Shown: piece by piece, positions 1 to 8,909 of the stretch
How positions within the stretch are numbered: position 1 is the stretch's first letter
Layout: each line of letters opens with the position of its first letter
Source of the DNA: Thermoplasmatota archaeon
GTDB lineage: Archaea > Thermoplasmatota > Penumbrarchaeia > Penumbrarchaeales > Penumbrarchaeaceae
Assembly (NCBI GenBank): GCA_029762535.1
Contig: JARVGK010000027.1
Location: 1-42,089, forward strand
Reading direction: 5' to 3'
Length of the DNA: 42,089 nucleotides
The notes under the pieces: generated by a model
Databases searched by the model: none
What the model was told of the DNA's origin: nothing
The model's input: the letters and a program-made list of their open reading frames with translations, nothing else
Made by a program: the position numbers and the translations under genes

Positions 1-2
1 TG

Positions 3-1118
3 CCCTGGAAGGATGGCCCCTTGGAGGATATGCTACATTTCATGGTCAAGGATTCCGGGATAGGGATCCCTCTGGAGAGCCAGAAGAGGATATTCGAGTC
101 CTTCACCCAGGTGGATTCGTCAGTTACCCGTAAATACGGCGGCACCGGGTTGGGCCTGACCATAAGCTCCCGGCTGGTCTCGCTCATGGGTGGTAAGATC
201 TGGCTCGAGAGCGAGCCGGGAAAGGGTTCCACATTCCATTTCACGGCCCGATTCGCCAAGTGCGCCGAAGATGATGGCGACAGGTCAGGTTCGGGGTCGG
301 ATTTCTCAGGGTTGAGGGCTCTTGTCGTGGACGACGACCCGATCAACCTCAGGATAATCGGAGACATGATCGGAAGGTGGGGGATCGCTTTCGATCTCGC
401 CAACAGCGCTGCGGAGGCCTTATCCAAACTGGAGGATGGAGAATGCTGCCGATACGATGTCCTACTGGTGGATCAGCAGATGCCTGAAATGGACGGTTTG
501 TCCCTGGTGCGCAAGCTGAGGGCGAACGAGGCGGGGAAGAAGATTCCGGTCGTTGTCCTATCATCCATAACAGGATATCCCGGAAAGGACCTCAGGGAGG
601 AGCTCTCTATAAGCGCGACGCTGAACAAACCTATCAACTACCTTGACCTCCTAAACGTGCTGGGATCCCTTTACCGCAGGTCATGCAAGGACAAAAAGAG
701 CGACGGCCCCCCGATGGATGAGAGCTACAGGATACTTCTCGTGGAGGACCATCCTATAAACCAGAAGCTTGCCGTATCGCTTCTGAGGAAGAGGTCCCAT
801 GTCGTGGAGGTGGCCAACAACGGCGAGGAGGCCGTGGACATTCTGTCCAGGGGGGACTTCGACCTGGTGTTGATGGACGTGCAGATGCCCGTTATGGACG
901 GGATCGAGGCCACCGCCCGCATAAGGGATCCATCCTCGAGCGTTAGGGAGCATTCCATACCCATAATCGCCATGACCGCGCATGCCATGCAGGGGGACAA
1001 GGAGAACTGCCTCAACGCTGGTATGGATGGATACGTGTCCAAGCCTCTGAACTTCGAGGAGATGTTCAAGGAGATCGATCGGGTAATGGATGAAAGCAGG
1101 GGGAAATGCGATGGATGA
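3..1118 (+). CDS. Hybrid sensor histidine kinase, C-terminal part (HATPase_c + two receiver domains); 5'-truncated by the window edge
   Basis: G1/F/G2 boxes [26 protein letters not shown], then two receivers ([18 protein letters not shown] and LLVEDH..LMDVQMP..MTAHA..VSKP); the frame is open from base 3. Confidence 0.93.
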   Translation, partial: PWKDGPLEDMLHFMVKDSGIGIPLESQKRIFESFTQVDSSVTRKYGGTGLGLTISSRLVSLMGGKIWLESEPGKGSTFHFTARFAKCAEDDGDRSGSGSDFSGLRALVVDDDPINLRIIGDMIGRWGIAFDLANSAAEALSKLEDGECCRYDVLLVDQQMPEMDGLSLVRKLRANEAGKKIPVVVLSSITGYPGKDLREELSISATLNKPINYLDLLNVLGSLYRRSCKDKKSDGPPMDESYRILLVEDHPINQKLAVSLLRKRSHVVEVANNGEEAVDILSRGDFDLVLMDVQMPVMDGIEATARIRDPSSSVREHSIPIIAMTAHAMQGDKENCLNAGMDGYVSKPLNFEEMFKEIDRVMDESRGKCDG

Positions 1119-1494
1119 TCCCTTCACGGTCCATCCCGACATCTTCGATCCATCCGCCGCGCTCGAACAGGTGGGCGGCGACGAGGAACTTCTCCATGAG
1201 ATGGTAGAGCTGTTCATAAAGACCTACCATGAGGACATTTCCCAGATCGAGGCGGCATTGAGGGAGATGGATATGGAAAAACTGAGAAGGGCAGCTCACA
1301 GGATCAAGGGCTCGGTGGGGAATTTCGGGCGTAAGCGCGCGTTCGAGGCCGCCTTTACGCTCGAGAGGTGCGCAGGGGAGAACAGGCCCGAGGATGCTCC
1401 GGCCTGCTATACGAAGCTGAGAGAGGAGCTAACCCTGTTGAACGGTTCGTTCCTGGCCTACATCATGTCAAGAGGCCCCATCGGGGAGGGGTGA
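1111..1494 (+). CDS. HPt (histidine phosphotransfer) protein
   Basis: [30 protein letters not shown] HPt motif; overlaps the end of the hybrid kinase; ATG 1111 preferred over 1090. Confidence 0.9.
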   Translation: MDDPFTVHPDIFDPSAALEQVGGDEELLHEMVELFIKTYHEDISQIEAALREMDMEKLRRAAHRIKGSVGNFGRKRAFEAAFTLERCAGENRPEDAPACYTKLREELTLLNGSFLAYIMSRGPIGEG

Positions 1495-1947
1495 GCCGGA
1501 ACTCGCCTTCTTTCGCCCCATGAAGTCCTTCATGTTCTGGAATCTGACTTCCCTTCTTTTATCGATGCCGATATGCTGGCCGACTATGGAGACGGCCCTA
1601 TCCAGCCTCTCCTTGAGGTCGTCCGCTGAAATGGGCTTGGACACGTAATCATCTGCCCCATGCTGATATCCCTGGAGCATATCCTCATCCGTTCCTTTTG
1701 AGGTGAGCATGATCGTGTAGAGGTCCTTCATTTCGGGATTTCCCCTTATCCTCTCGCATAGGTCTATGCCCTCTATCTTGGGCATCTCCCAGTCCAGAAG
1801 GGCGATGTCCGGAAGGTCTCTGAGGTTCAGGAACATCCAAGCCATGGCTCCATCGGGAACAGGGATCACCTCGTGTCCCCAGTAACGGATCGTCCTCTCG
1901 AGCATGTGTCTGGAAATGGGATCGTCCTCAGCAACTAGCACTCTCAT
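1468..1947 (-). CDS. Stand-alone response regulator receiver protein (PleD-like REC with short tail)
   Basis: VLVAEDD, ALLDWEMP, IMLTS, GADDYVSKP. Confidence 0.9.
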   Translation of the reverse strand: MRVLVAEDDPISRHMLERTIRYWGHEVIPVPDGAMAWMFLNLRDLPDIALLDWEMPKIEGIDLCERIRGNPEMKDLYTIMLTSKGTDEDMLQGYQHGADDYVSKPISADDLKERLDRAVSIVGQHIGIDKRREVRFQNMKDFMGRKKASSGSPLPDGAS

Positions 1948-2053
1948 TCGATCAACGCCTCCTATTTCTTGATGGACTTATTTATTCCTTTCTCGGCCAT
2001 TCGCAAAACCGGTGGAATAAGATGGATCATTCTGTTCCTCATCTGTCATCTCC

Positions 2054-4267
2054 TCAATATTTTCCAAACTCCTTCTTTATAACGTGATATGAATCCTTCA
2101 ATCTTTCAGTGCAGGATGGTGCGTCCCAGTCCTCCCATTCGTAGAAAAGTCCCATACTTCCCTGTTGCAGGACCGAGGGATCGGACCCATTGTCCATATT
2201 GGATGAGGGGTCGATGAACAGATGCATCCTGCCCTCGAAGGATGTGAACGCCTCCAAGCCGATCCCGGGGATGAGAATGCCATTTTCACCGTCATGGTCG
2301 ATGACCTCCTTTGTGCTCGGGTCCTTGAAACCGATCAAGGCCCAAGGGATCCTCACGAAGAGGGTCCTTCCCTCATCAACGCTGAAGATGTCCCCGCTCA
2401 TCCTGGTGATGTCTCCCAAAGTCAATTCACCTGTATCGACCCATTCTGGATCCTGGACCGTGCCGTCGCTGAGCCTGTATCCATGGGATATCAGGCTCCT
2501 GATCGGCTGGTAATCGGCTCTGTATCCTATCCTCTCGTCCTCGGGAAGATAATGGCCGAAGTCACGATAGAATGGATCGTATCCGCCCAGGATAAGGACC
2601 CGGCCCGACCCAAAGGGATCGATCTCGATCATGAACTCAGGCCCCGTGAGGCCTTTATGTTCGAACGTTGTGTTCCTATTGTGTGAGGCATGCCCCGATA
2701 TCGTTTTCAAGGCAATGTAAGTGCCCATTCCCGAGTGCGCTCTGTCATCGAACGTATCCTCATATTCCAAGGCGATGTACAGGCCGCTCTCGTCGTGGGC
2801 TGCGCCCATCCAATTCAGCGATCCCTTTTCTATCCCATATCCGGAGAACACCTCCTTAAAGGAATGGTCAGAAGTAATGCCTTCAATAATGGCATTTTGA
2901 CCGGATGGTTCGAAGCTCAACATTCCGTAGGATTGCTCCGGTGTCTGCATGTCGAACCAGAAGGCGGACCTTTCCTCGTTCGTTCGTTCTCTCGTGTTCC
3001 AGGACAGCTTGAACCATTCGTCCTGCCAGGAGAAGAGTATACCTCCACAGAGCCCCTCATCGACTATGGACCTGAACATCCTCGCGTTGATCTCTCCCTG
3101 CTCACCCTCCGTGTTGCCCCCCTGGTCCATCCCGTGGACGCCTCTATGGCTCATACCGCGCGAGGAAGGGACTCCGAACTCGGCTATTAGCACCGGGGAT
3201 GAATGGGCCTGCTCGAGGTCCCTCAGGTAACCGGCGAAATTGTTCAATTCCCCGTCAACGTCCACGTAATTAGCATAGGCCGGGTCCAGATTCATGAACT
3301 CGGGATAATAAGGGTATACATGATAGGAGCTGAAAATGCCCGCGCCGAAGCGTTCGCGGGCTACGATATGGTCCGGATGGACCTGATATGCGTCTTCCTC
3401 GAAATAGGGCTCGCCGGGATGTCCTATGGGATCAAGCGACTGAGTGTTGACGAAGCTCACAGGCGTCATCCTAGAGTATCTCGAGACCTGATAATCTATC
3501 GTGAGATCCATGAGGGAGGCGAGCCAGATCTCGAAAGGCGAGGCTCCTACCGTTCTCACATAGCCCCCTTCCAGATCGGGCATGCCCTTGTATCTCTCAT
3601 CCGTCGCTCCGACGAGGAGAGGATCCCATTCCAGCCCCAGGATGATCCCCAACAAGTGAGCCGATACATCGTGTTCGTAACCCGGGGGACCGGCACCATG
3701 AACGATGTCCACCGCCATTGAGATCCTGGCCATACAGTGGTTCATGACGACATCGTCGAATATTTCGCTCGTGGGTGTGAGATAGGTTTCATCGAACCAT
3801 ATCCCCTGGAAGAGTAGGATGTCATATCCATCCGCTGAATTGATGTCATTTATCGCCCTGTATAGTTCCGGGTTGTGGGGATCGAACACCCTAATGCAGT
3901 TGGCGTTCATGTCCCGGATCTGGACCATCCATCTATTATACTGCTCGTATGTGATCGGGGACGTTGTCGGGAAATGACCGGGGCTGGTCCTTCCCATATT
4001 GACCCCCTTGATCAATACGTCGTTCCATTGACCGGACCCATAGACCTGGAACCGGTCATCCATTACGCGGGAGGAGATCTCGATCACATCGCCCCTTATG
4101 AACATGTCCCTCGCGGCGATCATATCCACATTTCCGGACCCCGATCCGTTGTTGTTAAAGTGGGAGAGCAGGATCATCGATGATGACAGCATCAAGGATA
4201 TTATGACGAAGGTCGCCGCCCGCTCCGTATTAAAGGGCATTGCCGGGAACCCCCATGCCTTGTGCAT
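2054..4267 (-). CDS. Secreted or membrane-anchored glycoside hydrolase-like TIM-barrel protein (clan GH-A / GH2-like)
   Basis: N-terminal hydrophobic segment; IKGVNMG, MNANCIRVF, ILGLEW, SYHVYPYYPEF, PVLIAEFGVPSSRG, FSWQDEWFK motifs. Confidence 0.65.
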   Translation of the reverse strand: MHKAWGFPAMPFNTERAATFVIISLMLSSSMILLSHFNNNGSGSGNVDMIAARDMFIRGDVIEISSRVMDDRFQVYGSGQWNDVLIKGVNMGRTSPGHFPTTSPITYEQYNRWMVQIRDMNANCIRVFDPHNPELYRAINDINSADGYDILLFQGIWFDETYLTPTSEIFDDVVMNHCMARISMAVDIVHGAGPPGYEHDVSAHLLGIILGLEWDPLLVGATDERYKGMPDLEGGYVRTVGASPFEIWLASLMDLTIDYQVSRYSRMTPVSFVNTQSLDPIGHPGEPYFEEDAYQVHPDHIVARERFGAGIFSSYHVYPYYPEFMNLDPAYANYVDVDGELNNFAGYLRDLEQAHSSPVLIAEFGVPSSRGMSHRGVHGMDQGGNTEGEQGEINARMFRSIVDEGLCGGILFSWQDEWFKLSWNTRERTNEERSAFWFDMQTPEQSYGMLSFEPSGQNAIIEGITSDHSFKEVFSGYGIEKGSLNWMGAAHDESGLYIALEYEDTFDDRAHSGMGTYIALKTISGHASHNRNTTFEHKGLTGPEFMIEIDPFGSGRVLILGGYDPFYRDFGHYLPEDERIGYRADYQPIRSLISHGYRLSDGTVQDPEWVDTGELTLGDITRMSGDIFSVDEGRTLFVRIPWALIGFKDPSTKEVIDHDGENGILIPGIGLEAFTSFEGRMHLFIDPSSNMDNGSDPSVLQQGSMGLFYEWEDWDAPSCTERLKDSYHVIKKEFGKY

Positions 4268-4336
4268 ATGACAGGATGATGATCGTCCTTGAGAACGGGT
4301 CCTTAATCCTCCCTTTGACCATCATCGAATATCTCC

Positions 4337-4750
4337 TCACTGTCCCAGAGTTGAGAACGTCGGGGTGGACCCGATTATCTCGGGTGCGTCCTTGTTGATG
4401 TATCTGATCTCCGTCAGAAGCTGGCCCTTGGCAAAGCGGATCCTGTAGGATTCGAGATTGGAGCGGAACACCTTCTTTCGTTTCTGCCTCTCTTCATCGG
4501 GGATGATATTCGCCTCAAGGAAGCCGTGTTCCATCAATTCCTTCACCCTTCTGTAACAGGAGATGACCGGTATGTTCAATTCCCTCACCATTCTCTCCAC
4601 GGCGATCGGCTCCTTTTTTGCAGCCTCGAGTATACGGAGGTTGTACTCATCTCCCAGTATCCCGATGATGTCGAGGTACCTCTCTTCCGATGACCTCTTA
4701 TGGATCTGCTTGAGACGATCGCGCTTTCCGTCACCCGTCCGTGTTATCAT
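4337..4750 (-). CDS. Winged-helix (ArsR-like) archaeal transcriptional regulator
   Basis: LGDEYNLRIL..ELNIPVISCYRRVKELMEHGFL wHTH pattern. Confidence 0.75.
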   Translation of the reverse strand: MITRTGDGKRDRLKQIHKRSSEERYLDIIGILGDEYNLRILEAAKKEPIAVERMVRELNIPVISCYRRVKELMEHGFLEANIIPDEERQKRKKVFRSNLESYRIRFAKGQLLTEIRYINKDAPEIIGSTPTFSTLGQ

Positions 4751-4816
4751 GAGGGTGAGAAAGGTTTTCCGGATAGATGCCGTTTAAGAAAAGAATATGG
4801 AAATATATGGAAAGAC

Positions 4817-6295
4817 TCAAATGAAGACGGCCCTGCCCCTGTCCGTCAGGCCCAAGAGCCTCTCCCTGCCCTTCCACCTCTCAACGATATAATCGAAGGC
4901 GAGCAGTCTGGATATCCTCTTTCTCGCAGTGGGCCTGCTTATCTTGAGGTCTTCGGCCATGTTCGACAGGGATGTCTCCAGATATCTCCTCTCCCTTTCA
5001 TAAAGCAGCTTCAGGATGTCCATCAATTCCTCATCTATTCGGGCCCTGACCAGGGGTTCAAGGACCGAACATTCCTTCGATAACAAAGCGCATTCCCTGG
5101 CATCGATCGTGTCCGGGTCCAGGGTGACGATGGCTATGGAATCCTTGAGCACCATTGCCTCCTTGAGGGGGGATATCAGAGCCATAAGCCCCTTAAAGCC
5201 GATCGCCGATTGAATGAAGTCCAGCCTGTCTATGTGAAATACACCATGGTTCGGCTGCCGCTTGACCGTATCGATGATGGCCTCAGGATCCGCTCTTATC
5301 GATCCCTCTATCTGGGTCTGGGCCATCCAGAAATGTTTGATGTCCCCCTTGATGGCCTTTCGGAGGTCCTTCTCGGGCGTTCTCGAGATCAGGGTAGCGG
5401 CATATCCGGCCTTCAATGCGTCGTTCAGCGCATCCCTCCCCGTCTCCTGCGTTCTCTCGAGTACGAGATATACGTTCCCCTCATCAAGGCGGTATTTCAT
5501 CAGTTTTTTCAAGATATCTCCCTGTTCCTTCTTGATAGAGGTGATGTCGCGTATCAGGCATACCCGGGCCGTCTCGCTTTCGATCCCTGAGAGGGGATGG
5601 GACTGGATCGCCGCCCATATTGGATCCCCTCCACTTTTTAGAAGCCTCAGCTCCGCTGAGGGAACACCCTCTTGAACATCCCCCTCGAGAAGAGCCCTTA
5701 CCTTGAGATGATCGTTCGGATGGATGAGGTCCTCCAATCTCGAACCAACGATCCCTTCCCTGTCGCGGTCCAGCATCGAGCAAAGGACGCTGTTGACGTC
5801 CGTTATGGTATTATCGATCCGGCCGGGAACCTCCTCGAGATGCAGTATGCCCTCCGGAGAGTTCTCGAACAGGCTCCTGAACTTCAGGTCCGCATCGGAG
5901 GCCTTTTTCCTCAATTCGGATTCCAGCCCAACGATCCTCTCCCCGACGTTTATCCTGGCCCTGAGCTCCTGGGCGTCCACAGGTTTTTTGATGTAGTCGT
6001 CGACCCCTGATGAGAATCCCTTGATCATGTCGTCCTTTTTGCTCCTCGATGTTATCATGATAATGTAGGCATGCCTCCTGTCGGGATCGGCCCTAAGGCG
6101 CTCGCATACCTCTATCCCGTCCATACCCGGCATCTCCCAGTCGAGGAGCATTATCTCAGGGGGGTCCTCTCCTATGGCTATGGATAGGGCCTCAAGGCCG
6201 TCCTTTGCGGTAACGGTGTCGTAACCCCATCTCTTCAGGTGGGATCCCAGCAAGCGAAGCGTCAGGGGGTCGTCGTCAGCCGCGAGTACCTTCAT
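4817..6295 (-). CDS. Response regulator: REC + PAS + DUF835-like domain + C-terminal wHTH
   Basis: REC (ADDD, LDWEMP, DDYIKKP); PAS (FRSLFENSPEGI, DLIHPND, IRDIT); DUF835-like (GNVYLVLE, ISRTPE, IDRLDFI, TLDPDTI); HTH (LKISRPTARKRISRL). Confidence 0.8.
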   Translation of the reverse strand: MKVLAADDDPLTLRLLGSHLKRWGYDTVTAKDGLEALSIAIGEDPPEIMLLDWEMPGMDGIEVCERLRADPDRRHAYIIMITSRSKKDDMIKGFSSGVDDYIKKPVDAQELRARINVGERIVGLESELRKKASDADLKFRSLFENSPEGILHLEEVPGRIDNTITDVNSVLCSMLDRDREGIVGSRLEDLIHPNDHLKVRALLEGDVQEGVPSAELRLLKSGGDPIWAAIQSHPLSGIESETARVCLIRDITSIKKEQGDILKKLMKYRLDEGNVYLVLERTQETGRDALNDALKAGYAATLISRTPEKDLRKAIKGDIKHFWMAQTQIEGSIRADPEAIIDTVKRQPNHGVFHIDRLDFIQSAIGFKGLMALISPLKEAMVLKDSIAIVTLDPDTIDARECALLSKECSVLEPLVRARIDEELMDILKLLYERERRYLETSLSNMAEDLKISRPTARKRISRLLAFDYIVERWKGRERLLGLTDRGRAVFI

Positions 6296-6454
6296 GATAT
6301 GATCGAACGAATGAGGATATCTGGAATGATATATTTTTCCGCATCGTTATCGGGATCCAGTCTGAAAGCTCCGGATCGGATCAATAACATTTCGTTCATA
6401 CAATGAAAACCCGAAGGGTCGGATCACTCTGGCGGCGTTATTAATCAAATTGTG

Positions 6455-6751
6455 TCGGGAAGCTCAATTGAATGCCGTAACATCAGGGCTTCCCGGTCTT
6501 GGGAAAATCGAAATTGGACATTGCTACCATGTCGATTTTCCCGACTTTTTCATCCCTGAATAATGAGTTATCACCAAGGGATGAAAAAGATTATTTCAAC
6601 TATCTTGATCAGCTTGATCGGGAAGCTTAATTGAATGCCGTAACATCAGGGCTTCCCGGTCTTGGGAAAATCGAAATTGGACATTGCTACCATGTCGATT
6701 TTCCCGACTTTTTCATCCCTGAATAATGAGTTATCACCAAGGGATGAAAAA
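6455..6751. repeat. Direct repeat A: two 134-bp copies (6455-6588, 6618-6751), each made of three consecutive hairpins
   Basis: Copies differ at one position (C6465/T6628); stems CGGGAAGCT/GGCTTCCCG, GGGAAAATCGA/TCGATTTTCCC, TTTTTCATCCCT/AGGGATGAAAAA with ~20-nt loops. Confidence 0.97.
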
Positions 6752-6753
6752 TA

Positions 6754-7015
6754 GCCACCAGGGGTATCCTTTGGAACGAAGGTCGTTGACGCAGTATCGT
6801 TCGTTCCAAAGGTCGGGGAAATCATCAACAGATGATTTTCCAACGATCGAACTCGGAGGGTCGAATCGCTCTGGATAAATTGGATAAAGCTTTGATAGCT
6901 TGCCACCAGAGGGATCCTTTGGAACGAAGGTCGTTGACGCAGTATCGTTTGTTCCAAAGGTCGGGGAAATCATCAACAGATGATTTTCCAACGATCGAAG
7001 AATCCCTCTGGTGGC
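6754..7015. repeat. Direct repeat B: two copies (6754-6874, 6902-7015), each with two hairpins bracketed by tRNA-Thr 3'-end sequence
   Basis: Core 6766-6851 matches 6914-6999 with one mismatch; stems CCTTTGGAACGAA/TTCGTTCCAAAGG and GGGAAATCATC/GATGATTTTCC; copy 2 is closed by GCCACCAGAGGGAT/ATCCCTCTGGTGGC. Confidence 0.95.
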
Positions 7016-7038
7016 GGTTCTAATTAATAAATAATTGA

Positions 7039-7112
7039 AGCCACCAGAGGGATTCGAACCCCCGACCTGCTGATTACGAATCAGCCGCTCAACCAGGCTA
7101 AGCTATGGTGGC
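7039..7112 (-). tRNA. tRNA-Thr(CGT), no intron, CCA not encoded
   Basis: Reverse complement GCCACCATAGCTTAGCCTGGTTGAGCGGCTGATTCGTAATCAGCAGGTCGGGGGTTCGAATCCCTCTGGTGGC-T: acceptor stem GCCACCA/TGGTGGC, anticodon arm GCTGA-TTCGTAA-TCAGC, T loop TTCGAAT. Confidence 0.97.
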
Positions 7113-7141
7113 ATATTGGTGAGGGGGGAAATTCCACGTTG

Positions 7142-7149
7142 TACATAAA
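7142..7149 (-). promoter_or_regulatory. Probable TATA box of the tRNA-Thr gene
   Basis: TTTATGTA on the minus strand about 30 bp upstream of the mature tRNA 5' end. Confidence 0.45.
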
Positions 7150-7163
7150 TGGTTCTATTCATC

Positions 7164-8831
7164 TCAATATGCGCCAGGGAAGAAAAGCATCACCCTCGCG
7201 CCCCGGATCCCCACATGGTCGGGGAGGTCCTCTATCCAGATCTTCCCGTTGTACCTGCTCGCGATGTTGCCGGCGATGAGCAGGTTGGAAGCATCGTTCG
7301 GAACCATGCCTCCTTCCCCGCTCCATGCACGGGAGAGGGATTCCCTCGTCTCACGGTCCACGATGATATCGGACATGTCGATACTTACGAGGAAGCCCTC
7401 GACATTGTCATAACTGTAGTCCCTTGCTCGGATATCTATCCTGGACAGCACATCAACGGGTCCGAAGGAGAATATATATCTGAACATCTCAACGATGAGA
7501 TCGTCCACCTTGACCGGCATTCTATCCGGGATCACCTCTATTTGTATGTCCCTGTTCTTATGCGCCCCATCCATGGACACGATGTCCCTGGCATCCTTCA
7601 AAGCCTTGCCGAGATCGTCAACCTTCAAGAGAGGCATGCCCTCCTGGATCTTGGACATCGCCACTATCTTCCTGGCGATCTCGGAGCTCTTGTTGATCCC
7701 TTCTATAGTGCTCCTGAGATAATCCCCCTGGATCTCGGATATTTCACTGGCAGTGGTGGCCATCTCGAGAAACCCGATCAGTTCCTTATTTATCGAGCCG
7801 ACGTCGTTCAACAAGATATCCAGGTATAGCTCCGTCCTCTCCTTCTGCAGCATGAGGCTCCTCTGGGATCTCGCCCTTGCTGTGACATCGTGCCTTATGC
7901 CCTTGACGCCTTTGATCCTACCAGCTTCCGTTGAGATCAACATGGTGATCTCGAACACCCTCTCGACCTCTCCGACGAAGCGCCTCTCGATCCCGTTGCC
8001 CTCTCCGATCTCGAGGGCCATCTTCAATATGCCCAGGACCTGTTTCCTGTCGAAGGCCGTTGATATCGGGTCGCCTAAACTGACTTTCTGGCCCGCATGC
8101 CTGCCGAAACTGGGATTCATAAGTACGATCATGGCCTCTTCGAGCAAACTCACGGCATCCTGTGAAGGGCTTTTACCGGGTCCGATCCCCTCCGGCAGTT
8201 CCGCCTCGAAGATCCCTTCCTCAACCCTGTCAAGGATGTCCTCCATTCGGGTCCTCTCCCGGAGGATGTCTTCATGGAGAAGTGAGTTCACGATGAGGAT
8301 GGACACATGGAGGCTCAGCAGCTCGAGCATGATAAGATCGTTGTCGGAAAAGAAATTCGGGTCCTCCTTGATGAGGGCGATCACGCCGATAACCTCACTT
8401 CCCGATGTGACCGGGGAGACCATGGCGCTGCGGTAATGGAGCATATTGACGACATCCGGTGTCACACCGTTCTCCTTTTGGGAATCATGTATTATCATCC
8501 CCTCTCCCGTCTTTGCCACCTTTCCGGTTAGATTGGTCCCGACCTCGATCTGCCGGTATCTGTTCCTGTATTCGTCGGATAGGCCGTAAGATGCTTTCAG
8601 GGAGAGGTTCTTTCCCTCCCGGTCCATGAAATATATCGAAGCACCGCTGGCCCCGAAACCCCTCGAGAGAATGGCCAGTATCTCGTACATCAATTCCTCT
8701 GGCGAGGATGTGGACCGGAGGACGTTGGCTATCTCTCGACGTAGCCACAGCTCCTTCTTCAATTCGCTCTGATCCCTGGAGGGGTTTCCTCCATCCTGGT
8801 GTAGGGTTTTCAGAAGAGAGATGTTGTCCAT
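7164..8831 (-). CDS. GAF + PAS-like + degenerate histidine-kinase domains (probable pseudokinase), paralog of 8910-10514
   Basis: GAF (GTNLTGKVAKTGE, SAMVSPV, FSDNDL); H-box reads LDILLNDV; N/G1/G2 boxes eroded. Confidence 0.8.
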   Translation of the reverse strand: MDNISLLKTLHQDGGNPSRDQSELKKELWLRREIANVLRSTSSPEELMYEILAILSRGFGASGASIYFMDREGKNLSLKASYGLSDEYRNRYRQIEVGTNLTGKVAKTGEGMIIHDSQKENGVTPDVVNMLHYRSAMVSPVTSGSEVIGVIALIKEDPNFFSDNDLIMLELLSLHVSILIVNSLLHEDILRERTRMEDILDRVEEGIFEAELPEGIGPGKSPSQDAVSLLEEAMIVLMNPSFGRHAGQKVSLGDPISTAFDRKQVLGILKMALEIGEGNGIERRFVGEVERVFEITMLISTEAGRIKGVKGIRHDVTARARSQRSLMLQKERTELYLDILLNDVGSINKELIGFLEMATTASEISEIQGDYLRSTIEGINKSSEIARKIVAMSKIQEGMPLLKVDDLGKALKDARDIVSMDGAHKNRDIQIEVIPDRMPVKVDDLIVEMFRYIFSFGPVDVLSRIDIRARDYSYDNVEGFLVSIDMSDIIVDRETRESLSRAWSGEGGMVPNDASNLLIAGNIASRYNGKIWIEDLPDHVGIRGARVMLFFPGAY

Positions 8832-8909
8832 TATCCCATCCTGATCATCATCCTACTCTCGGGTTACTTATATTTGGCGATTTCAGTTTCGTATCGGTGG
8901 AATTTTCTT

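Noticed and set aside
6455-7015. CRISPR array, TIGR array or integron attC cassette array
   Set aside because: No constant short repeat alternating with unique spacers, no cas/Tas/IntI gene in the window, no clear box C/D periodicity, and stems lack RYYYAAC/GTTRRRY ends
6646-7023. Short ORFs 6646-6957, 6734-6991 and 6832-7023
   Set aside because: They are translations of the hairpin repeats, mutually overlapping, with no protein-like features
6754-7112. Intact integrative element or provirus between direct tRNA-end repeats
   Set aside because: The direct copies are only ~140-290 bp from the tRNA and enclose no genes; at most a scar
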